Shown here: in pieces, positions 1 to 11,179 of the stretch
Numbering within the stretch: position 1 is the stretch's first letter
How the letters are laid out: each line of letters begins with the position of its first letter
DNA from: Eledone cirrhosa
Lineage: Eukaryota
Assembly (NCBI GenBank): GCA_964016885.1
Contig: OZ024743.1
Span: 365,428,001 to 365,492,000, forward strand
Reading direction: 5' to 3'
Length of the DNA stretch: 64,000 bases
Made by a program: the position numbers and the translations under genes
Notes under the pieces: generated by a model
Told to the model about the DNA's origin: nothing
Databases searched by the model: none
What the model saw: the letters and a program-made list of their open reading frames with translations, nothing else

Positions 1-1147
1 TGAAAACTGCAACAATTGGATTATCCACATATCTAAGGGAATCACATGATTGAATGATCAAACTCGTTTTGAAACACGAAAGCACCAAAAGATCATATTC
101 CATTACAAAAGATGCACAAAGATACAGTAATGGACTACAAATTTCAGAAGTCTCATTTACTGCTGAAATGGAAAACACAGAAAAAGCAAAGCAGGTAAAA
201 GTAACTGCAAAGAAAGAACTGCTACAGAAACTGGCTAAGAAATGGCAAGAAAAGCCTCTGTATGGAAAATACCCAGAGCGAGCTAACAATCCTGATGTTG
301 ACAAAACTTTAACCCATCAGTGGTTGGCATCCTCTGGACTGAAATCGGAGACTGAAGGACTGATTATATCGGCACAAGATCAGTGTCTGCCAACAAAAAA
401 TTACCAAGCCAACATAATAAAAAATGGGTGCAGCCCATTATGCCGTGTATGCAAAAAACAACCAGAGACCATTGACCATATAATTTCAATGTGCAGTCCT
501 ATAGCTCCAACCGAATACCTAAACAGGCATGACAGAGCTGCACAATACATACATTGGATAATGTGTAAGCATTTTGACCTGCCCCATCAAAAGAATTGGT
601 GGGAGCATCAACCACCTCCCATACTTGAAAAAGATCACATCTCAATCTTGTGGAACTTTAGCATCCAAACAGACCGAAAAATAGATGCAAATAGACCTGA
701 TATAATATTGAAGGACTTTCAAAGGAGGGTATGCCTGCTAATTGATATGTCTGTTCCAATAGACAAGAATGTATCTATAAAAACATTTGAAAAATTGAGC
801 AAGTATAAGGACCTGGAGATAGAAATTGGAAAAATGTGGAAATTGAGAACTAAAACAATACCAGTGGTTGTAGGCGCTCTGAGAATGATACCTAAGGGGT
901 CTAACGACTACTTATCGCAAATCCCAGGTAACCCGCGTATAGGAGAAATACAAAAGATAGTACTAATGGGAACTGCCCATATACTAAGGAAGATCCTGTC
1001 AATATAAGTACATCACAAGTCTAAACACTAAGGATGCATGTGTGAATATGTATGTTCTTTCTTGAACATGGCGGACCTTGTTGTCTCTTGAGGTCACTGG
1101 TTGTGACTTGGTGATAACTCGTATAAACATAAAGCAAGATAAATGCA
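1..1147 (+). mobile_element. 3' part of an R4/Dong-like non-LTR retrotransposon (runs off the window start), ending in an (AAT)5 tail
   Basis: ORF 54-1007 has a CCHC motif CRVCKKQPETIDHIISMC, RHD, and the restriction-like endonuclease core NRPDII...D...KLSKYKDL; short 3' UTR, then AAT repeats at 1148-1162. Confidence 0.85.
54..1007 (+). pseudogene. C-terminal zinc knuckle + restriction-like endonuclease (RLE) region of the R4/Dong-like polyprotein
   Basis: Motifs AQDQCL, CxxC-HxxxxC, RHD, RPD, KxxKY; in-frame TGA immediately upstream suggests a disrupted copy. Confidence 0.8.
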
Positions 1148-1414
1148 AATAATAATAATAATGATTTCTTTATTAACCACAAGGGTTTACATAAAGTAGA
1201 CATTAAGGACAGTGCAGGACAATACAGGACGGTACAAATGGGCATTTCTGCGTGTAAAAAACAAAAACAGAGGATGTAACAAAAAATAACAATGAAAAAT
1301 TTCCCCAATATGGGGGGAGACTTCGGAGGGACATTTGTGGAGTAAGCACAGAAAAAGGCCACAATGACCCTGACCACCAAGGCAAGTGCCCTCTCCCAGT
1401 TTTCCACCTTTAAT

Positions 1415-4400
1415 TTACAGATATATACTCAGAGTAGGCCCATTCACTCGGGCCATTCTTGCTTCTCTCACCCATCTTTCAACAACATGCTGGGAAGAGA
1501 GCACTTCCCTCTCTACTCTGATTTTCCTTTTCAAATGAAATTTGAAAATGTCAATCAGAGTATCACCGAAGAGGTAAGTGCTCGTCTTCAGCCCTTTCAA
1601 ACGTGTCCACCATACTATCTCTTTCGCCATGGCCACCAGACAGATAAAAACTGCCTGCCCTTCCCGGCTAAAGGAGGAGAGCGGGCCAATCCTCACGATG
1701 GACTCAGATGATAGCCGGATCCGTCTTAAACGCGACAGCAGGTGTTCGACATAAACCCACAAGTCAGCAATTTTCGGACACTGGACGAGTGCGTGCAGGA
1801 CGGTTTCGTCGCCCTGCGCGCATCTCGGACATGCACCTCCATGCCTGTAGAGTTTATCCCGAACTGGCAAGGCTCCTCGGTAGCACTGCCAGGCCAGAGA
1901 TTTCTGGAAGTTGTCCATAGGCCCTGGCCCGAAAGTTCTTCCGAAGAGATTGGCTAGTTGATTTTCGTCGACGCCTAGAGTTTCCCCAAGTACGTCGTCG
2001 CTCTTCCCCTCCACTAATCCTCTATAGAACGCCGAGGTGGCGTTTCCACCGATCACATTGCCCGATTGGTCGAGGGCTGTGAGCGCCTGAAGACATTCCA
2101 GTCTCCAGGCGCTCCCTCTCAGTCTTCGCTTGACCCAGGACTGCAGCTCCGTCAAGGAAACGAGCTGGGGAAAGACGTGTCTCGCAAACGGCGACCACAC
2201 CTGATCACCGTCGAGGAAGAGGTGGAGATGTCGTAGCCTGAGCGCGTGTCTGCGCATCATCAGCCACGGCATTCCCAGCCCTCCACGTAGCGGGTGTTGA
2301 CAGCAGATGGACCGCCTGACCATCGGAGCGCGTCCCTTCCACAAAAAGCGAAAGAGCAAACGCTCCAGCGCAGTCAGGCGGGGCTTAGGACAAGGTACGA
2401 CCGTCAGGCGGTAGCAGGTGACAGACGCGATGTACGCGTTAGCCACCTCCGCTCGACCTTTCAGGGATAGCTTCTTCTCCGCCCATTTCTGGGTGAGAGA
2501 AGCCACCCTGCTCGTCACCTCGTCCCAGTTTTTGTCCGTCTGGAGGTCCGGACCGAACCAGACCCCTAGCAATTTAACCGGCCCGTCCGTCCAGCGTCCG
2601 ACGACGCTGTTGGACGGCATGGACCTGCCTCTCCAGGTGCCGAGCTGCAGGCCCACTGACTTTTCCTGGTTGATCATTGCTCCTGTCACCACTTCGTATT
2701 CTCTTAGTGTAGTGCCGATCGCCTCGATGTGTTTGGCGTTCGACACCACTACGGTGACATCGTCCGCATATGCTGACACGGGTCTTCCGCATCCTAGTTC
2801 GCGCGGGACGCCCCTCAACGTCTCCAGTTTGTGCAGTAATGGCTCGAGAGTCAATACGTACAAGAGGGACGAGAGAGGACATCCTTGGCGGACCGAGCGC
2901 ATGATGTTGAACGGTTCCGAAAGGTGACCGTTCACTCTCACCACAGAGCAGATGCCTTGTTCGGATCCTTTCTCAGCAGTGCCACTGCTCCTCGGCTCAC
3001 AGAACTGGGAATTCTCCCGTTCTGTTGCCAGTTGCAGTAGAGGTCCGCCAAGAGGCCTCCGAACAAGTCTGGCATCTGTACGTAAAGTTCATAGGGCAGA
3101 CCATCCAAACCAGGCGATTTACCCATTGTGCAGCCAGTCATTGCGTCCCTTACTTCAGCGGCTGTTATCGGCTTTCCGCAACACTCCGCCTCAGTGGCCG
3201 AGAGCCGCGGCAGTCCGTCGAGGTAGACACTAAAGTCCATCCCTCGACCCGGCCCACCGCTGCCCCCGAACAGCTGAGCGAAGTGTCGCTGAAAAGCTTC
3301 ACACATTTGCCCGGGATCGAGTAGCATGCGCCCGTCGTGGTCCACCAAAGACCGGATCGTGGCTTTGTTGCCACGACGCGCCTCCGCCACTCGAGCCCAT
3401 TGAACGGCTTTCGTCCCCTCGTGTCTGAGAGCACGCACCCTAGCTCTGACAACGCAGCCTTCGTGCTTTGCATTGAAGAATTGGTCAAGGGCCAATTTCG
3501 CCGCAAGCACGTCGGTCGCAGTGCCTTTGCTAAGCGCCTCGTCTAATTTTCTAACTAGTTCTCCCTCTGCTCTATTTTTCTCTATTGCTAAAGCCTTACT
3601 AAACCTAATGGATTCTATTCTAATCGCTCTTTTCAGAGCAAACCACCACTTGTTGCTGACGATGGCCCCCGTCAACGCCCGCTTAACTAGTTCGCTAATC
3701 CGGTCTCTGTAGGCCTTGCGCGCTGGTAAGGACGCGTTTAGCTTCCAGTAGCCGGGTCCTCGTCTATGAAGCCTATCTAAGTCAAGCACACAGATCACGA
3801 ATTTGTGGTCCGTGTAGCTGACTATCTTGAATTGTGGACAGCCTATGCTAGACCTATCTATTTCCCTACAAAATACTCTATCTAATATGATCTGGATGAC
3901 CCTATGCGATTTGTCCAAGTCCACATTGGCACATTCGGGAAATCCAATCGGTACCTGTCAGACAGTTCAAAACGCCTGAGCAGGTTGGTGAGGCTCTTGC
4001 ACCCCCACCCCTATCCGCTAATCCCACACAGTCCCAGCGTGCATCTAAGATCCCGTTCCAGTCGCCCACTAACTCTAAGGAGCGGGACGTTCCAAGAAAG
4101 GTCTCCAGGCGCCGGAAGAAATCAGGCCGCCCTGCTCCTGTCGGGGCATAGATGGGCACTAGCCTGAAAGCTTGCCCGTCTCCGCTGGTCACGTCCAGCA
4201 CCACCAACTTACCCTCTGGGTCCAGGAAGATGGCCCGTATGGCGAGATCCAAACCTCTCCGAAAAAGCACCGCAACTCCTCCCCCCGATCCAGGACGGCT
4301 GGGAGATGCGTACACATCGTAGCCGCCGAAGATCGGTGCGAAGGCCCGTGCTTCGGAGATTCTGGTCTCGCTGATGGCCACTACATCTATGTTTAGTGAC

Positions 4401-4483
4401 CTGAGGTCGTTGAGCAGGTGACCCTGCTTCCATGACGACCCCAAGCCACGCGCATTTATGCTGCCTATTCTGAGTGAGGTCAT
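1415..4483 (-). pseudogene. Tx1-A ORF2 (APE endonuclease, reverse transcriptase, C-terminal zinc finger); frameshifted, with an internal RT deletion near 2952
   Basis: GSINARGL, ISET, GDWN, TDHK (APE); KSPGLDG, RQGCPLS, AYADD (RT); CPRC..H....C; split over three track ORFs; the segment between KDPNK and VRVNGH is missing relative to family B. Confidence 0.9.
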
Positions 4484-4578
4484 GTTTAAAATAGAGTGGA
4501 AAAGATGGGAAAGACCACTTACCGTACTTTTCGTAGAGGAGGGATGGTTTTTCCATCCCTTTTCACTTGATCGTCTGG

Positions 4579-6634
4579 TTAAGGGTCCGTTGAATCGTCC
4601 CTTCGGCTGGTCGTCGGCTCTTCTATGAGTATGTCCGAATATACTCTTCGGTTGAGAGTCCCTCCTAGGTCTCTGAAATCACCAACTGCGTTGGGGAATT
4701 TCGTTTTAATGTTTGTGTATTGTTTCTGTGCTATTTTTAGCAGTCTTATGTTAGTTGGCGTTTTGATTGGTACTGGTATTATGTAGTCGTGTTGTGAAAT
4801 GTCTGTGTGTTCAATTATGTAAGTCATTAGTTTCTTGTTGTGTGTATTTATTGTGTGTATTGCATTTGTTTTTCTGGGGGTGGGGTGTGGTTCTGCTATT
4901 TTCTTGTCGTTGTTGCTGGGTGTGTGTGTTTTGTTGTTGTGTTTGCGATGTTGGTGCTTGTGGTGGTGGTGTTGAAGGTGTTGTTGTTGTTGGCGGTGGG
5001 GTTGTCGCCGGTGGTGATGGTGGTGCTAGTGTAGGTGGTGATGGTGTTGGTGGTGTTGCTGCTGTGAGTCTCTTTGCAGTAGCCTTTACCCTTTTTTCAT
5101 TTCTTTCCTCCCTTTTCGAAGGCGACGATGCGCTGCTTCTGCGTTTGTGCCTTCTAACGACCTTTTGCCATCCCTCTCCCAACTCACACTCCATGTCTGA
5201 TTCTGTGAGGTCGGGGAGGGGTACCAGCTCCACTCTTTCACTTGTTGTTGTTGGTGATGTTTGCACTGGAGTCTCTGTTGCAGCTGCATTTGGTATTGCT
5301 GTTGTTGTTGTTAATACTTCCACTGCTGCTGCTGTTTTTGATTTCCGTGGCGTGGGTATGGGTTCCACGGACCTATCGTTCCTGGTTGCCGCTTGTCCTG
5401 TTGCTGGTAGCCGTGGAGCCGGTTTCGGAAGGAGGGGGGTTTTCTCTTTCTCAGGGTCTTCTCGTTGCAGAAGGCCCTGAGGTGAGTCTTCGATCCACAG
5501 CGAAAGCATTTCGGGTGTTTGCCCTCAACACTTATGGGCAGTTGAGTGCCGTTATCGAAGTCTATCACATCCGGGATAGCTTCGATGCACTCGTGGTTGG
5601 TTTGGATTAACATCTCAATGGTGGTGCCGACCCAATCTTCTCTTACTTTTTTCTGTACTTGCAGTACAGTTGTTTTGTCCTCGATTCCGACGAGGACAGA
5701 CGCGGCCAGCCAAGAAGGGGCCATCCCGCGGGGGGGGGGGGGGTCAGTTTGACCCTCACAATTTTTTGCCCGCAGTAGGAGGGAACCAACACCATTTCCT
5801 CGCTCCTTAGGGTAACTAAGGATTGAGCCTTTGCCTCCTGGGGTGTGGCAAAAAGTACGTCTACGGTGGCATATTTCTTGCCTCGGGTGATGTGCGTTTT
5901 CCGCTGCCACACAGACCACAAGGCTTTTTGTATTTGAGCCTCTGTGGCTCTTTCAACCCTACGGGATTTTGTACTTACTGTACGGTACGTGACCGTACAG
6001 TGCTGTTGGGTTTCGAAAAATTTTCGGCTGCCTTGCAGATTGCTCGGTGTCCAGTTTTTGTCACCATCTTCTTCGCTTCCTCTAATTCCTCATTTGTTAT
6101 GAGGATGGTTTCCAGGTTCTTTGCGATACCTGCAAACGAGATTGGTTTTTCTTTGCTGCTGTTGTTGTTGTTGTTGTCGTCAGAGCTGCTGTTACTTTTG
6201 TTGTTGCTGCAGGTACTACGACTACTGCCGCCGCCGCTGTTGCTGTGGTTGTTGTTGTTGTTGCTGCTGCTGCTGTTGTTGTTGCTGTTGCTGCTAATGC
6301 TGTTGTTGTTTATGCTGCTGCTGATGCTGTTGCGGCTGCTACTGTTGTATTCCTTGTCACTGTTGCTGCTGCTGCTGTTATTACGGCTGCTACTGCTATT
6401 ATTCCTGACGTCAGACGAATGAAATGGGTTTTCGTATTTCCCGCACACATTTTTCGTCGTTGTCGTCGTCGTCGTGGAGAAATCTTGCACGCTTTGCACA
6501 TGATTTTTCTTTTCTGGCGTCGCTTGGGAAAGAGAAGGGAGGGAGAGAGACAATATTCTCTCTGCTGTAGTGACGATTGAGGAAGAAGACGGAATGAGTG
6601 GGAGTGACCTATGAAAATTCTTTTTCGTAGCCAT
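4579..6634 (-). pseudogene. Tx1-A ORF1 (Asn/Ser-rich N-terminus, RRM-like region, CCHC knuckle, Pro/Thr linker), frameshifted
   Basis: Fragments 5975-6634, 5311-5921, 4811-5509, 4579-4827; SFAGIA motif and CFRCGSKTHLRAFC. Confidence 0.8.
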
Positions 6635-7049
6635 GTTTTTTTTGTTTAAAATAAATATTGGGCACAAAACCCAATAAGTGGTTATTTAACCCCAAAGGGC
6701 CAAATAACGGGCAGAAAGACCCCTCTCACGAGGAGGAGGGTGTTTTTGTCTACAATTTGGTTAAAGTTTTAAACAATTTACAATTGTTATAGCGGTCAAA
6801 ATTTACAATACCTTACAGAGCCGAGCCTCCGTCAACCATAGCATTCAATAATAATAATAATTAAAAAAAGAGGAAAATGGCAAAATGGCTAAATAGCTAA
6901 ATGGCTAAGTGGACAGACAGGCAAATAATTTCACCACCAACACCACCACCGCCACCATCACCCCTACCACGCCAAAAACACTAGTCAAGCTACCTCAACT
7001 TCTATTTCTACTTCAACTTCAACACCATCACTACATTACTACGATCACA

Positions 7050-7197
7050 TCACCACCACCACTGCCTCATTATCGCTACCGCCGCTATTCTCTCCCACTA
7101 CCTCCTGCTAAGTACTACTAGCACAGTACCATCACCACCACCACCACTGCCTCATTATCACTACCACCGCTATTCCCTCCCACTACCTCCTGCTAAG
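7050..7197. repeat. Near-tandem duplication of a ~65 bp CAC-rich unit
   Basis: caccaccaccactgcctcattatc...cccactacctcctgctaag occurs twice. Confidence 0.7.
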
Positions 7198-7489
7198 ACA
7201 TGCATCGTAGTGTCCCCACTAAAAGAGGAAGGCATCAAAAGATATAAATAGACTGATTTGATGACCCGGTCAAAAAATCAAAAAGCCAAAAGTCAAAATC
7301 AAAACAGCATAGCAACAACGAAAAACGTAAAGAAAAGAAAAATGAAAAGAAAAACAAACAGACAGACAGAGAAGGAAAAAAAAAAAACTAAGTCAGACAT
7401 TCAAACATTACATTACAATAAAACTTATGCTTATTCTTTTTTTTTTTTTTTACCTATTTGTTTGTTTGTTTATTTATGTTCGTCTACAG

Positions 7490-10400
7490 CGTGATAGTGC
7501 CACACTAAAATCACCGGGGGTGATGAAATCACCGGTGGTTATGTAACCATACATTCATCAATCCTCGATAAGAGTGTTTAAATGTCGAACCTAAACAGTT
7601 CGAATAACGGTGAAGTGGAGACTGGAATGTAATGTGGCAGACTCAATGTTACCTGAATAGTAACCCCAAGGAGAAAGGCTATAGGAAACGGATGCATAAC
7701 ATCTGGAACGAGATTGGTCTATTTAAATTAGATGAAAAAAATTGGCCGGGCAGGCTCGGGTAATAAGAACTAATGGGTGGATAAGCGAGCTGGAACTGGA
7801 GGAACTGAGCAGAGAGATTAGCTTGGAAATGGAGAGTGGAGTATGCCAGGCAAACGAGCCAGTGGGAAATGAAGGTGAAGAGGTTGAGAGAACGGAGGAA
7901 CCATCCGAAGTAGACAATGATCTGAATGCTGAAATAAATAACACCTGGAACAAAGATACGGCCATTGAGGAGATGAATGCTGATGGGCTAGAACAAGATT
8001 TGGTTGATATCCTAAATTTAGTGGTAGATGAATTGAACAATGATAGTGGGAAACCTATGAACCTAAGATTTGTAGACAGGAAAAAGTTAAAAGAAACAAC
8101 AGCTAAGGTAAACAAAGTCATCCCATACCTTGAGGCGAGGAGCCTCCACCAGTGCAACAATATCCTCAAAGCAACAGCAAATACGGTGAGGAAATTACTT
8201 GGCATAAAAGCGAGAGGAAACAATAAACAAGAAAAATCAGAACCTTGGTGGAAGAAACGACTGAATGGTCAAATCAGGGAAATGAGAAATGACATTGGAA
8301 AGCTTGAGTCCGTACTGAATGGGACACTAAAAAACATAGACACTAAAAATAGACTGGAAATAAAGTACAAAACTAGGAGGAAAAAGCTAAATATTATCAT
8401 AGAGGAACTGAAGCAATGCATTGTAGCAAAGAGTGCAAAAATTAGGCGATACGAGAGCAGAGTGAGTCAGTATAGACAGAACCGCATGTTTGACAACAAC
8501 CAGAAGATGCTGTTTGGACAGCTTGAAGGGAAAGAAAGAGGCAACGACTTGATCCCTGAGGCGGAACAAACTAAGACATTCTGGAGAGGAATATGGAAGC
8601 AGGCAGTGTGGATTGAGACAGTACAAAAGGAGATTAGTGAACAGGCACACCAACAAACTGATTTGAGTATCATAGTTGAAACTCTTAAGGGGCAGGCCAA
8701 AAAGCTAACCAACTGGAAATCACCAGGCCCAGATGGTGTGCAGGGGTATTGGATTAAAAATACAACATCCCTCCACCCGATACTGACAACCATGTTCAAT
8801 GACTGCTTGATGTCAGGTGAGGTACCAGAGTGGTTGACAAAAGGTACCAGAGTTCTGGTAATGAAAGACCGAATCAAGGGTAATGATGTTACCAACTATA
8901 GACCTATCACATGTCTGTCCGTAATGTGGAAACTGTTGTCAAGCATTATGTCTGAGGAAATCTACCATCACCTCTACACAAACAACTTGTTACCGGACGA
9001 ACAGAAAAGATGCCGAAAGAAGTCCCGTGGTACAAAGGACCAGTTACTTATTGATAAGATGGTAATGAGGAATTGCAAGAGGAGACACACTGGTCTTGCC
9101 ATGGAATGGATAGACTACAAAAAGGCATTTGACATGGTGCCTCATTCTTGGATCACTAAAAGCCTAGATATCTTCAAGGTGGCAGATAACATCAGACAGT
9201 TGTTTGGCAAAAGTATGAAGTCTGGAAAACAGAGTTAACATCAGCTGGAGAATCCTTGGGAGACGTGAAGATCAAGAGAGGTATCTTCCAGGGAGATAGT
9301 CTGTCCCCTCTGTTGTTTGTTCTTGCCCTGATGCCCTGACCATTATACTGCGAAAAGTGAGAACAGGATACAAGTTGGGAAAGGGAGAGCTTACTATCAA
9401 TCACCTCCTCTTCATGGGCGATCTTAAGCTCTTCGGGAAGAGTGAGAAGGAGCTGGATGTGCTTGTTGACACTGTCCGTATTTTCAGCAATGATATATGT
9501 ATGAAATTTGGTATTAGTAAATGTGATGAAGAGGGGTAAATTGAGCAGAAGCAACGGAATCCAGGTACCAACAGGTGAGATGATAAAGGAAATTGACACT
9601 GAAGAAGGATATAAGTATTTGGGTGTTCTGGAGGCTGATGACATCAAGAACAAAGAAATGAAGGACTTGATAAGATCTGAATACATTCGGAGAGTAAGGA
9701 GCGTATTAAAGTCACATCTGAACAGTAGGAATGCCATAAGTGCAGTAAATTCCCGAGCAGTGTCTATTATTAGGTACAGTGCGGGAATTCTGAGATGGAA
9801 TGTTGCTGAACAAAAAGAAATGGATAGGAAGACTAGGAAGCTATTGACTATCTACAACATGCTCCACAAGAGGAGTGATGTCGATAGACTCTACTTAAGG
9901 AGATCTGAAGGTGGAAGAGGTCTTATCAGCATAGAGGACTGTGTTCAGATGGAGAAAAACAACCTACACAAATACGTGACTGATAGTAAGGAGCCAATGC
10001 TCAGAATTGTACTGAAGGAGAGGACAATAGACCAGGGGATGTCCAAGGAGGAAATAACAACAAGGAGAAAGAGCAGCCTTCATGAAAAATCCCTTCATAG
10101 TACCTTCTTTGAGAAAACTGAATTCAGAGATCCACAGACAAGGAACTGGTTGAAAAGAGAAGACCTTAAAAAGACTACAGAAGGAATGTTAATGGCTGCG
10201 CAAGAGCAGGCCCTCAAAACGAAGTGGTTGAAACACCATATTTACAAGGAGGAGGCTAGCCCACTGTACAGGATCTGTGGAGAGAGAGAGAGGAGACTGT
10301 GGCTCACATTGTATCCGAGTGTAAACACCTAGTCCAGACTCACTATAAGGGCTGGAGACATGATGTGATGGGCAGGGTGATCCACTGGCACCTATGCAAA

Positions 10401-10912
10401 GTAAACAACTTACCACATTCTGAGAAGTGGTATGAGCATAAGCCAGAGTCGGTGATAGAAAACGATCAGGTGAAAGTGCTGTGGGATTTTAGGATACAGA
10501 CCGACAAGAAACTGGAACACAATAGACCTGACCTGGTGGTTTTGGACAAGGAAAAAATATCGTGCCTGTTTGTGGATGTGGCCTTCCCATTCGACACGAG
10601 AATGCAAAAGAATGAGAGGGAGAAAATTAACCGATACCAGGACTTAAAGTGGGAGGTAAAAAGGATTTGGAACTGCCATGAAGGCAAAGTGGTCCCGATT
10701 GTCATAGGCGCACTAGGTACTATCTCAAAAGGTTTCCAGGGATGGTCAAAGAAAATTGTCACGCTTTTTGGAACGCTTCAAAATGCATGCTTGCTGGGAA
10801 CAGCAAGAACCCTCCGATACATCCTAAATATCTGAGGCTGCAGGTAGTGGCTTGATATTCATTTCAACAAACTTTCCAGTTAACTAACATCAATGACTGA
10901 GACTCAAAGAAC
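7490..10912 (+). mobile_element. R4/Dong-like non-LTR retrotransposon, second family, near full-length but degenerate (5' boundary approximate)
   Basis: N-terminal GYRKRMHNIW...LAGQARVIRTNGWISELEL, RT and RLE motifs; 3' UTR ends in (AAT)5 at 10913-10927. Confidence 0.85.
7582..10835 (+). pseudogene. R4/Dong-like single polyprotein (RT + CCHC + RLE), broken by frameshifts and stops
   Basis: WKSPGPDG, YRPITCL, WIDYKKAFD, GIFQGDSLSP, HLLFMGDLKL (MDD mutated), YKYLG, RHD, NRPDLV, KINRYQDL across track ORFs 7742-9238, 9357-9539, 9508-10332, 10299-10835. Confidence 0.85.
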
Positions 10913-11179
10913 AATAATAATAATAATGATTTCATTTATTGGCCACAAGGGTCGACATATAGGGGACAACACAATAGACAGGGACAGTGGGGGTTTACAT
11001 AGAGATCGAGTAAGTATAAATAACAAAAAACAAAATAACAATAAAAATACAACAATGAAAGTTCCCCAATAAGAGGGATGACCACCCAGGGTTGACTCAA
11101 GCACCCCACCAGTCCTGAGCCACCCGACGCTCCTAGGGCACCCGGGAAGGGCACCCCTCTCCTTCTCGAATTCACCAGC

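Larger units (their letters stand above)
1163..6846 (-). mobile_element. L1/Tx1-like LINE, family A, both ends present but degenerate
   Basis: ORF1 and ORF2 remnants homologous to the intact copy at 16779-22600; AATAAA plus GAAATC 3' end; flanked on both sides by exactly (AAT)5 (1148-1162, 6847-6861). Confidence 0.9.
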
